Below the pieces are notes generated by a model. The model saw nothing but the letters and a program-made list of their open reading frames with translations. It had not been told where the DNA came from and ran no database searches. DNA of 28,563 nt from a virus (taxonomy: Duplodnaviria > Caudoviricetes), in IMG/VR virus record IMGVR_UViG_3300020151_001367, positions 1 through 28,563 of that record. One strand, 5' to 3'. Positions 8,635-16,950 of this stretch are shown here, piece after piece; within the stretch, counting starts at the first letter, position 1; every line of letters begins with the position of its first letter. Both the position numbers and the translations under genes were made by a program.

Positions 8635-9127
8635 TCAGATTGTAATTATTGGCAAACAACTGCTAGATAATGCACAATGTGAACATTTAATTTCTAAGTA
8701 TGATAATGCCCAACTAGAAAATGTAATACAAAAATCCTATAGAAATGTGTTGGTAACGGATATAGGTATTATAGATGTTCCCTATTTGATAGACAGTCTC
8801 AAGTTTATCAACGAAAAACATTTTAAATTTGATTTAGATTTTAATCACACCGATTGTTTTTTTGGCAGATACGACGAAGGCATGCATTACAGTAGTTTAC
8901 ATATGGATTGTATAGGCGGCGAACGTCAGCGCAAGTTGTCATTTTCATTACTGCTAAATGACAACTTTCAAGGTGGAAATTTTATAACACTGACTGATTC
9001 TGCAATGGACTGCCCGGCTGGCAAATTATTAATTTTTCCTTCTTTTATGCCGCACAAGGTATCAGTTGTTGAAGAAGGGACTAGGTATGCTATTTTTGGT
9101 TGGGTGTATGGTCCCAACTTTAGATAA
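8609..9127 (+). CDS. 2OG-Fe(II) oxygenase, PKHD/prolyl-4-hydroxylase-like
   Basis: Motifs RY..G.HY..LHMD, RKLSFSLLLND.F.GG.F and FPSFMPHKV..V..GTRYAIFGWV.GP. The likely start is ATG 8609 (or 8615) rather than TTG 8531. Confidence 0.85.
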   Translation: MQMQNQNYDQIVIIGKQLLDNAQCEHLISKYDNAQLENVIQKSYRNVLVTDIGIIDVPYLIDSLKFINEKHFKFDLDFNHTDCFFGRYDEGMHYSSLHMDCIGGERQRKLSFSLLLNDNFQGGNFITLTDSAMDCPAGKLLIFPSFMPHKVSVVEEGTRYAIFGWVYGPNFR

Positions 9128-9189
9128 CATCCTGCATCTTTAAGATATTTACATATAGATTTGCTGAATAATTTACCACAAGACGACAT

Positions 9190-9753
9190 ATGAAAGAAAC
9201 ATTATTATTTCCCACTGTTATACATGAGTATGACTTTTCTAGTGATCCGGATTTAGAAAAAATTGTTAAAATATCAGAAACGCTGGACTTTAAACAACAT
9301 AGGTATTTCCCCAACAGTACCTATGTGGGCGGCAAGCCAGGCGGAATTCTAGATCATCCTGAATTAGAGATCATACGTGACAAATTGAATAGTTGTGTGG
9401 CAAAATGGGCTGACAACATGGGATGTCCACCCATACATATTAATCATAATTGGCTCAATCGATTAGCAGAGGGTGAGAGAGTAGAACGGCATCGTCATGA
9501 GATGAGTATAGCAAGCGGAGCCTTTTATATTCATGCTGATCCAGGCTCCGCCGGCTTAATTGTACATAGTCCATTAGAACAATTACGGATGTTTGAACAA
9601 AGTGCTCGTAATACATGGTATAATGAAAACTTTAGAGAATTTCCTTGCTACTCAGGATTATTATTAATTTTTCCAGGCTGGCTTCCGCATGATACGTTAC
9701 CCAATAACAGTAACAACCGGTTAGTTCTCAGTTTTAACACAACCTATAAGTAA
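9190..9753 (+). CDS. Putative 2OG-Fe(II) oxygenase (TIGR02466-like)
   Basis: Motifs LFPT.I, WLN....G.....HRH..SIASGAFYI, LLIFPGWLPHD..PN.S..RLVLSFNT. Confidence 0.85.
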   Translation: MKETLLFPTVIHEYDFSSDPDLEKIVKISETLDFKQHRYFPNSTYVGGKPGGILDHPELEIIRDKLNSCVAKWADNMGCPPIHINHNWLNRLAEGERVERHRHEMSIASGAFYIHADPGSAGLIVHSPLEQLRMFEQSARNTWYNENFREFPCYSGLLLIFPGWLPHDTLPNNSNNRLVLSFNTTYK

Positions 9754-9774
9754 TCTTTTTATAACAAAAATATT

Positions 9775-10518
9775 TTATATCTTCAAATTAGTTACATATA
9801 GATTTGCATAATTTTGTGCAGTTTGTATGTCATAGTGATGACTGTCTCTTGCAAAATCAACCTGTGGTTGTTCGGGGAAAAAGTTAACATTATGTTTTGT
9901 TAACTCGTTGTATATAAATTCTGCATCATCGAGTCTGGCAAATCTAGGAATAAACGAGTGTACAATCTGTACATGTGCCGGATGAGTTATTTTACAAATA
10001 TTCTCTATACAATTTAGTTTATCCAATTCTTGCGGATCTGCAAAAGATTCGCGACCGCCTCGGGGAGCAATAAAATGTATTTTTCGATCTTCATCATGCA
10101 TTGTAGTGTCTGCATGTTCTCTTCTATGACAGTAGCTCCATTGAATTAAAATAGCCTTTGGAGAAAAATTATCTATTATTGATTGAACTCGTCGTGAAAT
10201 CCAATCATTACTAGCACCGTTCATGCTGACGTTGATTATTCTGTTGCCTATTTGTTTTTCTACAAGTTTTGGCCAAGTCTCATCATATGGCTGGCCAAGC
10301 CCCACTGTAAAACTGTCACCCACACACCACACATGGTTGATTAGATCGCTAGGCCATTCTTCATCTCGATATCCAAGACTGTTGTATGCATATACTATGT
10401 TTTTTGCATAGGATCTGAAATAACCTAGATTTAAACAGTGTTCGAGACTGTCTATGCCACATGTTGTTTCAAATCCATTAGCAGTAGTCGATAATATAAA
10501 TTCAATAGGTACCGTCAT
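9775..10518 (-). CDS. SGNH/GDSL-like hydrolase or acyltransferase
   Basis: Block I VGDSFTVGLG, block II N.S.NGASN and C-terminal RDSHH (DxxH). The true start is probably ATG 10518, which overlaps the upstream TGA (ATGA coupling). Confidence 0.75.
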   Translation of the reverse strand: MTVPIEFILSTTANGFETTCGIDSLEHCLNLGYFRSYAKNIVYAYNSLGYRDEEWPSDLINHVWCVGDSFTVGLGQPYDETWPKLVEKQIGNRIINVSMNGASNDWISRRVQSIIDNFSPKAILIQWSYCHRREHADTTMHDEDRKIHFIAPRGGRESFADPQELDKLNCIENICKITHPAHVQIVHSFIPRFARLDDAEFIYNELTKHNVNFFPEQPQVDFARDSHHYDIQTAQNYANLYVTNLKI

Positions 10519-11633
10519 GCTTGCCTTTTGTAATATGATTCTAATTCTGTCAATGCCGTGTTGCTCAAATTTTCTATTGATAAAAACTTTCCTATAGAAG
10601 ATCCACTGCTCCAGTTGTTGTAAGTATCTAAGCATTCAGCAAAATTCTTTATCAGTAGTGCTTTTTCAGCTAGAGTTTGTAATTTGATAGGCATTCCCGC
10701 AATCAAAGTTCTGTCGTCTACCAAATCATATATAGTTCTATAGGCATTTATATAGTTTGTCGAATTCGTGGTTAAAAATTCTTGGTGGGACAGACTTAAT
10801 CCAGGGCGTGTCATGAGTTGATTCAAATTCATAGACAACAGTGGTCGTTGCACATTATCTGAATTTTCTAATAGAAGTTTTTGATTCTGTGGCAAGGAAG
10901 TAGAAAATCCGCTCATGTCGCTGATGAGATAATGACAAGTGTTCCAGTCTTTCCACGAAATTCCATATTGATCCTTCCAACTTACTGGCTGATGATTGAC
11001 TGGATATATATCAAGATTAGCCACATACGACTCAAGATCCGCAACATCTTTTTCATAATTAAATATCGAATTAATTGCGAAATGATTGTCGACCCAACTT
11101 AGATAGTTTACATATTTGTCTAGATAGTTTCTAAATACTTCTTGATCTATCGTGATTTTCTTTTGATACAGATCTTTGAATACACTGATTTTTTCTTGAT
11201 GATCGTATACATTTAGATGTTTTGAAAATGCAGCTATACACCAACTTAATGCATGTTCAAATAAATTTTGTCGACGAGCACTGATTATAAAAAAGTTATC
11301 ATTGATATATTGGTAAAAACTTAATTGATCTTTTAATAAATCTTGTCTATTTAAAATATGATACTGTGCTAATCTTGATACTTTATAGTGATCTACACTG
11401 CTTAATAATCTTGTTATTTCTTCTAGCGATTGATAGTATCCCCAAGTAGATTTGTCAGGTTTTCCTAATACTTGTTGATTGTATTTGGTCGAATGGTATG
11501 ATTCGATTCCGTTGGTAAGTTCGTGTAGGTTAATGACCGGATGCTGATAATCATAATGCTGCATAGTCACTGTGATATACTTTTGCAGTAGGCTTGATCC
11601 TACTCTGTCTGGTGTTAAAATTATTACATTCAT
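10515..11633 (-). CDS. Sulfotransferase-fold protein (Stf0-like)
   Basis: N-terminal PAPS-loop-like IILTPDRVGSSLL, then NLHE, ISARRQNLFEHALSW (R-x-N-L-x-x-x-x-x-S) and FNYE.D. Confidence 0.6.
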   Translation of the reverse strand: MNVIILTPDRVGSSLLQKYITVTMQHYDYQHPVINLHELTNGIESYHSTKYNQQVLGKPDKSTWGYYQSLEEITRLLSSVDHYKVSRLAQYHILNRQDLLKDQLSFYQYINDNFFIISARRQNLFEHALSWCIAAFSKHLNVYDHQEKISVFKDLYQKKITIDQEVFRNYLDKYVNYLSWVDNHFAINSIFNYEKDVADLESYVANLDIYPVNHQPVSWKDQYGISWKDWNTCHYLISDMSGFSTSLPQNQKLLLENSDNVQRPLLSMNLNQLMTRPGLSLSHQEFLTTNSTNYINAYRTIYDLVDDRTLIAGMPIKLQTLAEKALLIKNFAECLDTYNNWSSGSSIGKFLSIENLSNTALTELESYYKRQA

Positions 11634-11634
11634 A

Positions 11635-12420
11635 TTATTGTTGAGGATACGCTGGTTGAATTGTTCGATACAATTCTAATTCGTCTACTAGTCGATTTTT
11701 TGTCTCTATACTCCACTGTGCTTGTAAAAAATTTTCAATATAAGAAATTAAGTGATTAGCATCGGCATATTTTATGTATTGGTCATAATCTATTTCTAGA
11801 ACTCGATTGTCAAATTTACTTAAAATTTCGTTTTTTATATTGGACATGTCTATCAACTCGTGAATCCAATTTAAATTATCAAGGGCTGCCAGATTGATGT
11901 TTTCTAAATATGTTTTTTCAACTTCAAAATTTTTACCGTAATCTTTACATACTTTTTCAAAATATGTCAAATTGCCTTTTAATACTTTATGGACAAAATT
12001 AAATGTACACTGTGAAATCTGTTCATCTTTAATCACAATCTGTATTGCTTTACTGTTAGGAAACGCTTCTAAAAATATGTTGATGTCTTGACAATGTATA
12101 GATATAGTATGGATTATTGTTTCTTCTTTATAGGGATTATTAATCAATGTATTTCTAATATGTTCTATCTTATCGTCACGAGACATATTAGACTCCGTTT
12201 GATATAAAATAGGTCGATATGTATCTTCTAACGAAATCATACTGAAATTGTTGATAGATGTAATTTTAGTATTAGCATGGCCTGACCCCAGTGCGTTGTG
12301 TTTTAACGGTTCATCTGGATTGAATGCAGTATACAACAAAGATGTTAAAAACCAACCACCTGCACCAACTGGATATTGTACAAATAATATCGGGGTGGGA
12401 GAATCTATAAGTTTTTTCAT
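11635..12420 (-). CDS. Divergent sulfotransferase/P-loop-fold protein
   Basis: N-terminal VQYPVGAGGWFLTSLL loop, then H...FLEAFPNSKAIQIV and VLEIDYDQ. The spacing resembles sulfotransferase domains but the canonical basic residue is missing. Confidence 0.4.
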   Translation of the reverse strand: MKKLIDSPTPILFVQYPVGAGGWFLTSLLYTAFNPDEPLKHNALGSGHANTKITSINNFSMISLEDTYRPILYQTESNMSRDDKIEHIRNTLINNPYKEETIIHTISIHCQDINIFLEAFPNSKAIQIVIKDEQISQCTFNFVHKVLKGNLTYFEKVCKDYGKNFEVEKTYLENINLAALDNLNWIHELIDMSNIKNEILSKFDNRVLEIDYDQYIKYADANHLISYIENFLQAQWSIETKNRLVDELELYRTIQPAYPQQ

Positions 12421-12424
12421 AGTG

Positions 12425-12430
12425 TATTTA
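12425..12430 (-). promoter_or_regulatory. Late-promoter-like TAAATA 4 nt before the ATG at 12420
   Basis: The minus strand reads TAGTAAATACACTATG, immediately downstream of the terminator, with no obvious Shine-Dalgarno sequence. Confidence 0.4.
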
Positions 12431-12451
12431 CTATAACTTTATTAGGTCGTT

Positions 12452-12477
12452 AAAAAAGGCGAACTGGTCGCCTTTTT
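12452..12477 (-). terminator. Rho-independent terminator, potentially bidirectional
   Basis: AAAAAAGGCGA-ACTGG-TCGCCTTTTT: a GC stem flanked by A and T tracts, 16 nt after the stop codon of the last structural gene. Confidence 0.8.
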
Positions 12478-12493
12478 CCTGATCGTATTGTTT

Positions 12494-13246
12494 TTACGGT
12501 CTAGCAAATAAAGGAACCCATTTTTCAGGAAGATCAAATGCCAGTTCACCTTCTGCAGTATACGTAGTTGTGCCGCCAGGGCCTGTTGCAGTAATACTCA
12601 ATGCAAGGGACTGCGGTGCATCAGTCTTTTGAAAGGTTTGTTTAAAATCTGGACCTTTTGACAACTGCATGGTACCTGTGGCTGTAGTCAACTCTGTTAC
12701 TTGGAGTGTCGCTACTGGGTCGCATATTTTGAATTTTGTTGCATCTACCACTGTATGCACAGCATATACCTTATGTTTCTCAACACCGCCCAGTGTACCC
12801 ATAAATGTCACTTGGTCGCCTGCTGTTAACCATGCTGTTGTATCACAAGTAAGTTCATTGGTTACACTGCTAGTTGCAGTTACATTTGTAGAATACGTAG
12901 TATCGCCTATGGTAATACTCCATGTGTCGTATATACCCGACAATCTTGAATCAAAAATAACTGTGTGTGCATCACTACTTCTATCTTCTAATGGAGTAAA
13001 ATCGATTCGACAATTGGGTGGTCCAGGCGGAAGTATTGGGGTTTCAGCCGCTTGTTCTTCCATCCACTGCCCACCGCTGATCCATTCGTTGTTCTTGAAT
13101 TTCCAACCCACATTAACATGATCAGGAACTTCTTCCCAATATCCTGGTAAGTCATTTTTGGCTATAGCGTCTGGATGCCAAAGTCCTGCTGGGTTTTCAT
13201 CATGCGTCTGCATGATTTCGTCGTTTACTATTTTTGCCCAAATCAT
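12494..13246 (-). CDS. Tail-fibre assembly-like protein with a C-terminal PKD-like domain interrupted by a beta module
   Basis: The N-terminus WAKIVND.I......P..LWHP......W.EVPD.V.VGW....W is typical of small proteins following Gly-rich fibre genes. It is followed by a Pro linker and PKD-like pieces (F.S..SG..DTW....GD...ST and ..T......LSITATGPGG). GGAG RBS upstream. Confidence 0.55.
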   Translation of the reverse strand: MIWAKIVNDEIMQTHDENPAGLWHPDAIAKNDLPGYWEEVPDHVNVGWKFKNNEWISGGQWMEEQAAETPILPPGPPNCRIDFTPLEDRSSDAHTVIFDSRLSGIYDTWSITIGDTTYSTNVTATSSVTNELTCDTTAWLTAGDQVTFMGTLGGVEKHKVYAVHTVVDATKFKICDPVATLQVTELTTATGTMQLSKGPDFKQTFQKTDAPQSLALSITATGPGGTTTYTAEGELAFDLPEKWVPLFARP

Positions 13247-13267
13247 TTAATTCTCCTGATTATCAAT

Positions 13268-14890
13268 TTATGGATTTTTCCAATATATCACTGCCATACC
13301 TGTGCCGGCAGTGCTTGCTAGTTGATCTAATTTGCATGGCGGAAATGCCAATGGAGTTCCGCCACCGTTGCAGTTGTTAAAACTTCCACCCCAGCAAACA
13401 CAGTGTAAGAAACATCTTACCATACCGGCGCCGCCACCTTTACCTGCTCGGCTGGCCATCCACATGATGTCAACGCCACCAGCACCGCCCAGTGTGCCTG
13501 CGCAATGGGTAATGTAGGGAAACAGTTGATCCTGCATGCGGTCTGCGCAACAAATCCTACCGGTAGTGCCCAAGCAACATAATAAGAGCCAATTTATTCC
13601 TGCGCAATAGTCAGCACCGCCCATACAATAAGGTATGTTCATTGAGCTCAGTTCACAACAGAAATATGCAACGCCGCCGGTGCCTGCACCTTCGCCAGCA
13701 TTGTGCCAGGCATTCATGGCCAATCGCGGACCTTGATTCCAGTTGCTGCACGTACGATAGCAGGCGCCGTCTGCAAAACTAGTGCCTTGGCTGCCGCTGC
13801 CGCACATACTGTGAATGTCGTGCCATTTGTAGCGTTTAGGTTGTGGACCATGTTCTTGGTGAAAGCTTGGACCTTGTATACAACCGGTTTGAAACCAAGT
13901 AAATCTAGAATCACGACCTTCTTCGTTGTCATAACCGCCCCAGCCTCCTGGACCCTGATGCCACTGTCCGCTGACACACATACCTCGCCAAGAAGAATAT
14001 CTGGAGCCATCAAAATCACATCGTTGCAGTTTGGTGCCACCGCCTCCAGTAGTTCCGCCCATATAGTAAGATTTTCTTCCACTGGGGAAGAAGTTAGCAC
14101 ATTTTTCCTGTGTACAGATACAAGTACAAAACGCCGGATAAACGGGTGATTTACAAATATAGCCGATACCGCCGCCGCCACCTGCCACTGGACCGTAGCC
14201 TCCGCCAACGTGTTGATCTTCCTGAATGACGCCACCACCTTGGCCGCCGCAGACCCACATCCAAGAGCCCGCAGACCCGCCACCGGGTGCTTTTCCGCTA
14301 CAGCAACCTGGACTATTGTCAGGGTTATATGTAATACCGTAACCACTATAAACCATACAATAGCCGCAACAAGTGCTAAAAACAAAACAGTTACCAACTC
14401 CACAATAGGCGCTGCCGGCACAGCCCAAACCGGGGGTGCCACCAACTGAATTCCAATCACCTCCTGATGCAGCACCAGGATTGCAACAGACTGCGCCGCC
14501 TGCTGTTAGTGTTCTTGCAACAGCGCTGCTGTTTGTATATGCAATAGTAGTGTCTTGTTGCTGACGACCAACTACAATTGACACTGTGCAACCTGAGGCC
14601 ACAGTGTCTTTCCTTTCTACATAGCCGCCGCCAGCGCCACCATGATTGCAACTGGCGCTGGAACTGAAAGAAGCCTTGCCACCGCCGCCTATTGCAATAG
14701 TACGCAAGCAGGTTACTCCTGCGGGCACTGTAAATGTATATGAACCTGGAGTGTCAATGATCACTCGATTTTGCCAACAGGAATTGCCATCATAATCGTA
14801 TTTTTGTTCGTTAACTTGATAACAAACTGATTGGCCTACAAGTACACAAGAGTTTGCTTGTGTTGCACCTGTGCTGATATAACGTCCCAT
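13268..14890 (-). CDS. Gly/Cys-rich putative receptor-binding (polyglycine) protein, paralog B
   Basis: Glycine-rich-domain start PGSYTFTVPAGVT.LR..AIGGGG, GGAGGGY and C-terminal GTGMAVIYW. About 42 Cys in about 540 aa (manual count). The true start is ATG 14890 (MGRYIS), 1 nt after the paralog's stop. Confidence 0.65.
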   Translation of the reverse strand: MGRYISTGATQANSCVLVGQSVCYQVNEQKYDYDGNSCWQNRVIIDTPGSYTFTVPAGVTCLRTIAIGGGGKASFSSSASCNHGGAGGGYVERKDTVASGCTVSIVVGRQQQDTTIAYTNSSAVARTLTAGGAVCCNPGAASGGDWNSVGGTPGLGCAGSAYCGVGNCFVFSTCCGYCMVYSGYGITYNPDNSPGCCSGKAPGGGSAGSWMWVCGGQGGGVIQEDQHVGGGYGPVAGGGGGIGYICKSPVYPAFCTCICTQEKCANFFPSGRKSYYMGGTTGGGGTKLQRCDFDGSRYSSWRGMCVSGQWHQGPGGWGGYDNEEGRDSRFTWFQTGCIQGPSFHQEHGPQPKRYKWHDIHSMCGSGSQGTSFADGACYRTCSNWNQGPRLAMNAWHNAGEGAGTGGVAYFCCELSSMNIPYCMGGADYCAGINWLLLCCLGTTGRICCADRMQDQLFPYITHCAGTLGGAGGVDIMWMASRAGKGGGAGMVRCFLHCVCWGGSFNNCNGGGTPLAFPPCKLDQLASTAGTGMAVIYWKNP

Positions 14891-14891
14891 T

Positions 14892-16508
14892 TTATGCTTC
14901 CCTATAATATATAATTGCCATACCTGTACCTGCATTGCTGAGCAATTGATCTAATATACAAGGAGGGAATGCTAGTGGAGTTCCGCCACCGTTACAGTTG
15001 TTGAATGAGCCGCCGTGACACACACAAAGAACCTGACTCTTAGATTGGCCACCACCACCACCTTTGCCAGCTCGACTGGTATATCCACAGTAGCCTACTC
15101 CTCCTGATCCACCCAGTGTGCCTGCACAGGTAACAAATTGCGGGAACAAATGATCTTGCATGAGCCAGGCCTGATCACAATCACCACACAGGCCCAATTG
15201 ACAAATCTTTGTCCAATTGATCATATCCTGTCCCCATTCGCTTAGTGCGCCTAGACCCATATCTCGCAGTCCATCAACACCGCATCTCATCGATGACCAT
15301 CCACCTGTTCCAGCGCCTTCACCAGAATTTCTCGGGCGGGGCATAGGAGTAACAGGAAACTGATTACTGTAACAGCCAATACAACCATAAAGGCCGCCAG
15401 TTCCCGGAGAACCAGTACCGCAGATATTAGTAATGTCCCATTGTTCTGCATTCAACACACACAGTCTTACTGGTGCTTCCTTGGCACACATAGGCTGGCT
15501 GTGTGCAAGACCACATCGTGGTCCAAAGGGATAAACGCATGCGCCGTGCCATCCCCATTCAAATTCCCAACCATATGCAGCACTGTTATCAGGTCCTCCA
15601 GGACCACCTTCACCCGATTTCCAATAGCCGCCGATACATTGTTGCACAGTACTGCGACATGCGTAATTGCAACGAGATGCTGAGCCGCCACCGCCTTGAT
15701 TGCTGGTAGGATAATGGTAACATGTAAAAGTACCGCCACAACATGTGTTGGTAAAACATATACAACTGCAACATGGATAATGCCAAATAGGAATGCAAAC
15801 AATATCGCCTAAACCAGCGCCACCACCTGCACTACTGCCGTGTAGATATCCGCAAAGGCAACTAGAACAACCGCCTGTAAGATTTTTAGGAGATCCTGCT
15901 GACGCACCGCCCACAAACATTGCAGGGCAATCTCCACAAGTGCCATAAGGAGCACATATATATGCAATACAATAGCCGCAACAAGTGGCAAAACAAGTGT
16001 AATAACATTGTGAAACACGACTGTAACTGCCACCACAATACATACAGCCCCAGCCGCTGGTGCCACCACAACTGTTCCAGTCGCCGCCGGATGCTGCACC
16101 CGGGACACAGCCTGCTGCTCCACCTGCTGTGTGAACTGCCACTGAGTTACAGGCCAATGTTGTATCTTGTTCTTGACGTCCAACCACTACAGTGAATACT
16201 GGCGAACCAGTGCCAACCATGCATTTTTCACTGTAGGCTCCACCAGAACCCGCTGCTGAACAACACGTGCCGCCGCCAAAACTGCTGCCGCCACACTTGG
16301 GTTTGCCGCCACCTCCGACTAGCACAGTTCTAGCACAGATTGCAGTACTGGGCAAGGTGTAGGTATATGTGCCTGGTCGGTCATATACTACTTTATATTG
16401 CCAGCATTGTTTGCCGTCGTAATAGCCCTTGCCGCCAGTAACACTAAACTGGCTAGGCTTCTCTGCCCCAGCCACTGTGGTCACTGTTATTGGTACAAAA
16501 CGTCCCAT
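14892..16508 (-). CDS. Gly/Cys-rich putative receptor-binding (polyglycine) protein, paralog A
   Basis: Motifs PGTYTYTLP....ARTVLVGGGG, AGSGGAY and GTGMAIIYY. About 50 Cys in 538 aa (manual count). Colinear with 13268-14890. GGAG RBS upstream. Confidence 0.65.
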   Translation of the reverse strand: MGRFVPITVTTVAGAEKPSQFSVTGGKGYYDGKQCWQYKVVYDRPGTYTYTLPSTAICARTVLVGGGGKPKCGGSSFGGGTCCSAAGSGGAYSEKCMVGTGSPVFTVVVGRQEQDTTLACNSVAVHTAGGAAGCVPGAASGGDWNSCGGTSGWGCMYCGGSYSRVSQCYYTCFATCCGYCIAYICAPYGTCGDCPAMFVGGASAGSPKNLTGGCSSCLCGYLHGSSAGGGAGLGDIVCIPIWHYPCCSCICFTNTCCGGTFTCYHYPTSNQGGGGSASRCNYACRSTVQQCIGGYWKSGEGGPGGPDNSAAYGWEFEWGWHGACVYPFGPRCGLAHSQPMCAKEAPVRLCVLNAEQWDITNICGTGSPGTGGLYGCIGCYSNQFPVTPMPRPRNSGEGAGTGGWSSMRCGVDGLRDMGLGALSEWGQDMINWTKICQLGLCGDCDQAWLMQDHLFPQFVTCAGTLGGSGGVGYCGYTSRAGKGGGGGQSKSQVLCVCHGGSFNNCNGGGTPLAFPPCILDQLLSNAGTGMAIIYYREA

Positions 16509-16523
16509 ATGTTATATTCTCCG

Positions 16524-16859
16524 TTACACTGTGCTGGTTTCGATACCGTAGGCCACAGCAGTAACACTGGTGTTGCTAGAGTATGCTACTAGATATTTTC
16601 CTGCATCTATCACAAGACCTGTGCGTTCCAGCACTGAGTTTGCAGGAACTGTTACTCCAAATTCTAAAAATGCATTATCAGCAGGAGCAGTATTACCTGT
16701 TGGGTTAGTAGTTGTCAATGCCAGTCTTACTGTCACGGCCGTTGCATTTCTATTGCATATCGAAATTGACGCTACTGCAAACGTGCTTGCCGGGCAAAGA
16801 TATACGTTTGTGTATGTTGTTGCTGCTAAATCAGCGATTCCTAATCTTCCTGTTGCCAT
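16524..16859 (-). CDS. Small beta-sandwich virion protein (111 aa)
   Basis: Motifs VY.CPA.....SISICN, V.VRLAL and LERTGLVI....L.......V....YG.E. Resembles small fibre-associated proteins of T4-like environmental phages. GGAG RBS and a late motif upstream. Confidence 0.6.
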   Translation of the reverse strand: MATGRLGIADLAATTYTNVYLCPASTFAVASISICNRNATAVTVRLALTTTNPTGNTAPADNAFLEFGVTVPANSVLERTGLVIDAGKYLVAYSSNTSVTAVAYGIETSTV

Positions 16860-16877
16860 AATTATTTCTCCATGATA

Positions 16878-16884
16878 TATTTAT
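16878..16884 (-). promoter_or_regulatory. T4-late-type promoter-like motif ATAAATA
   Basis: The minus strand reads CATAAATATATCATGGAGAAATAATTATG (motif, RBS, then ATG 16859). Confidence 0.6.
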
Positions 16885-16950
16885 GTTTATCGTTTGTCTG
16901 CATGATAATCATAATTAATAAATTTTGTAAGGTTATCATATACTGTTACA

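Noticed and set aside
7433-12420. AT-richer composition suggesting a recently acquired mobile island
   Set aside because: No integrase, transposase or boundary repeats are present. The contrast is largely explained by Gly/Ala-rich codons in the neighbouring fibre genes.
13714-14475. 253-aa alternative-frame ORF, plus other nested ORFs, inside the Cys/Gly-rich genes
   Set aside because: Its Val/Ala-rich sequence is the expected frame shadow of GGN/TGY-rich codons. It has no RBS or recognisable motifs.
8531-14935. Long gene overlaps implied by the ORF track (starts at 8531, 10635 and 14935)
   Set aside because: Downstream ATGs at 8609, 10518 and 14890 give normal translational coupling and match where the recognisable domains begin.
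13268-16508. Cys-rich proteins as RiPP precursors or DGR targets
   Set aside because: They are 540 aa with a phage glycine-rich fibre domain and no leader/core repeats. No YcaO, LanM, radical SAM or RT gene is in the window.
16902-16939. Imperfect AT-rich inverted repeat ATGATAA...TTATCAT after the 1976-aa gene
   Set aside because: The stem is weak and AT-only with a long loop, which is likely by chance in AT-rich intergenic DNA. Not called as a terminator.
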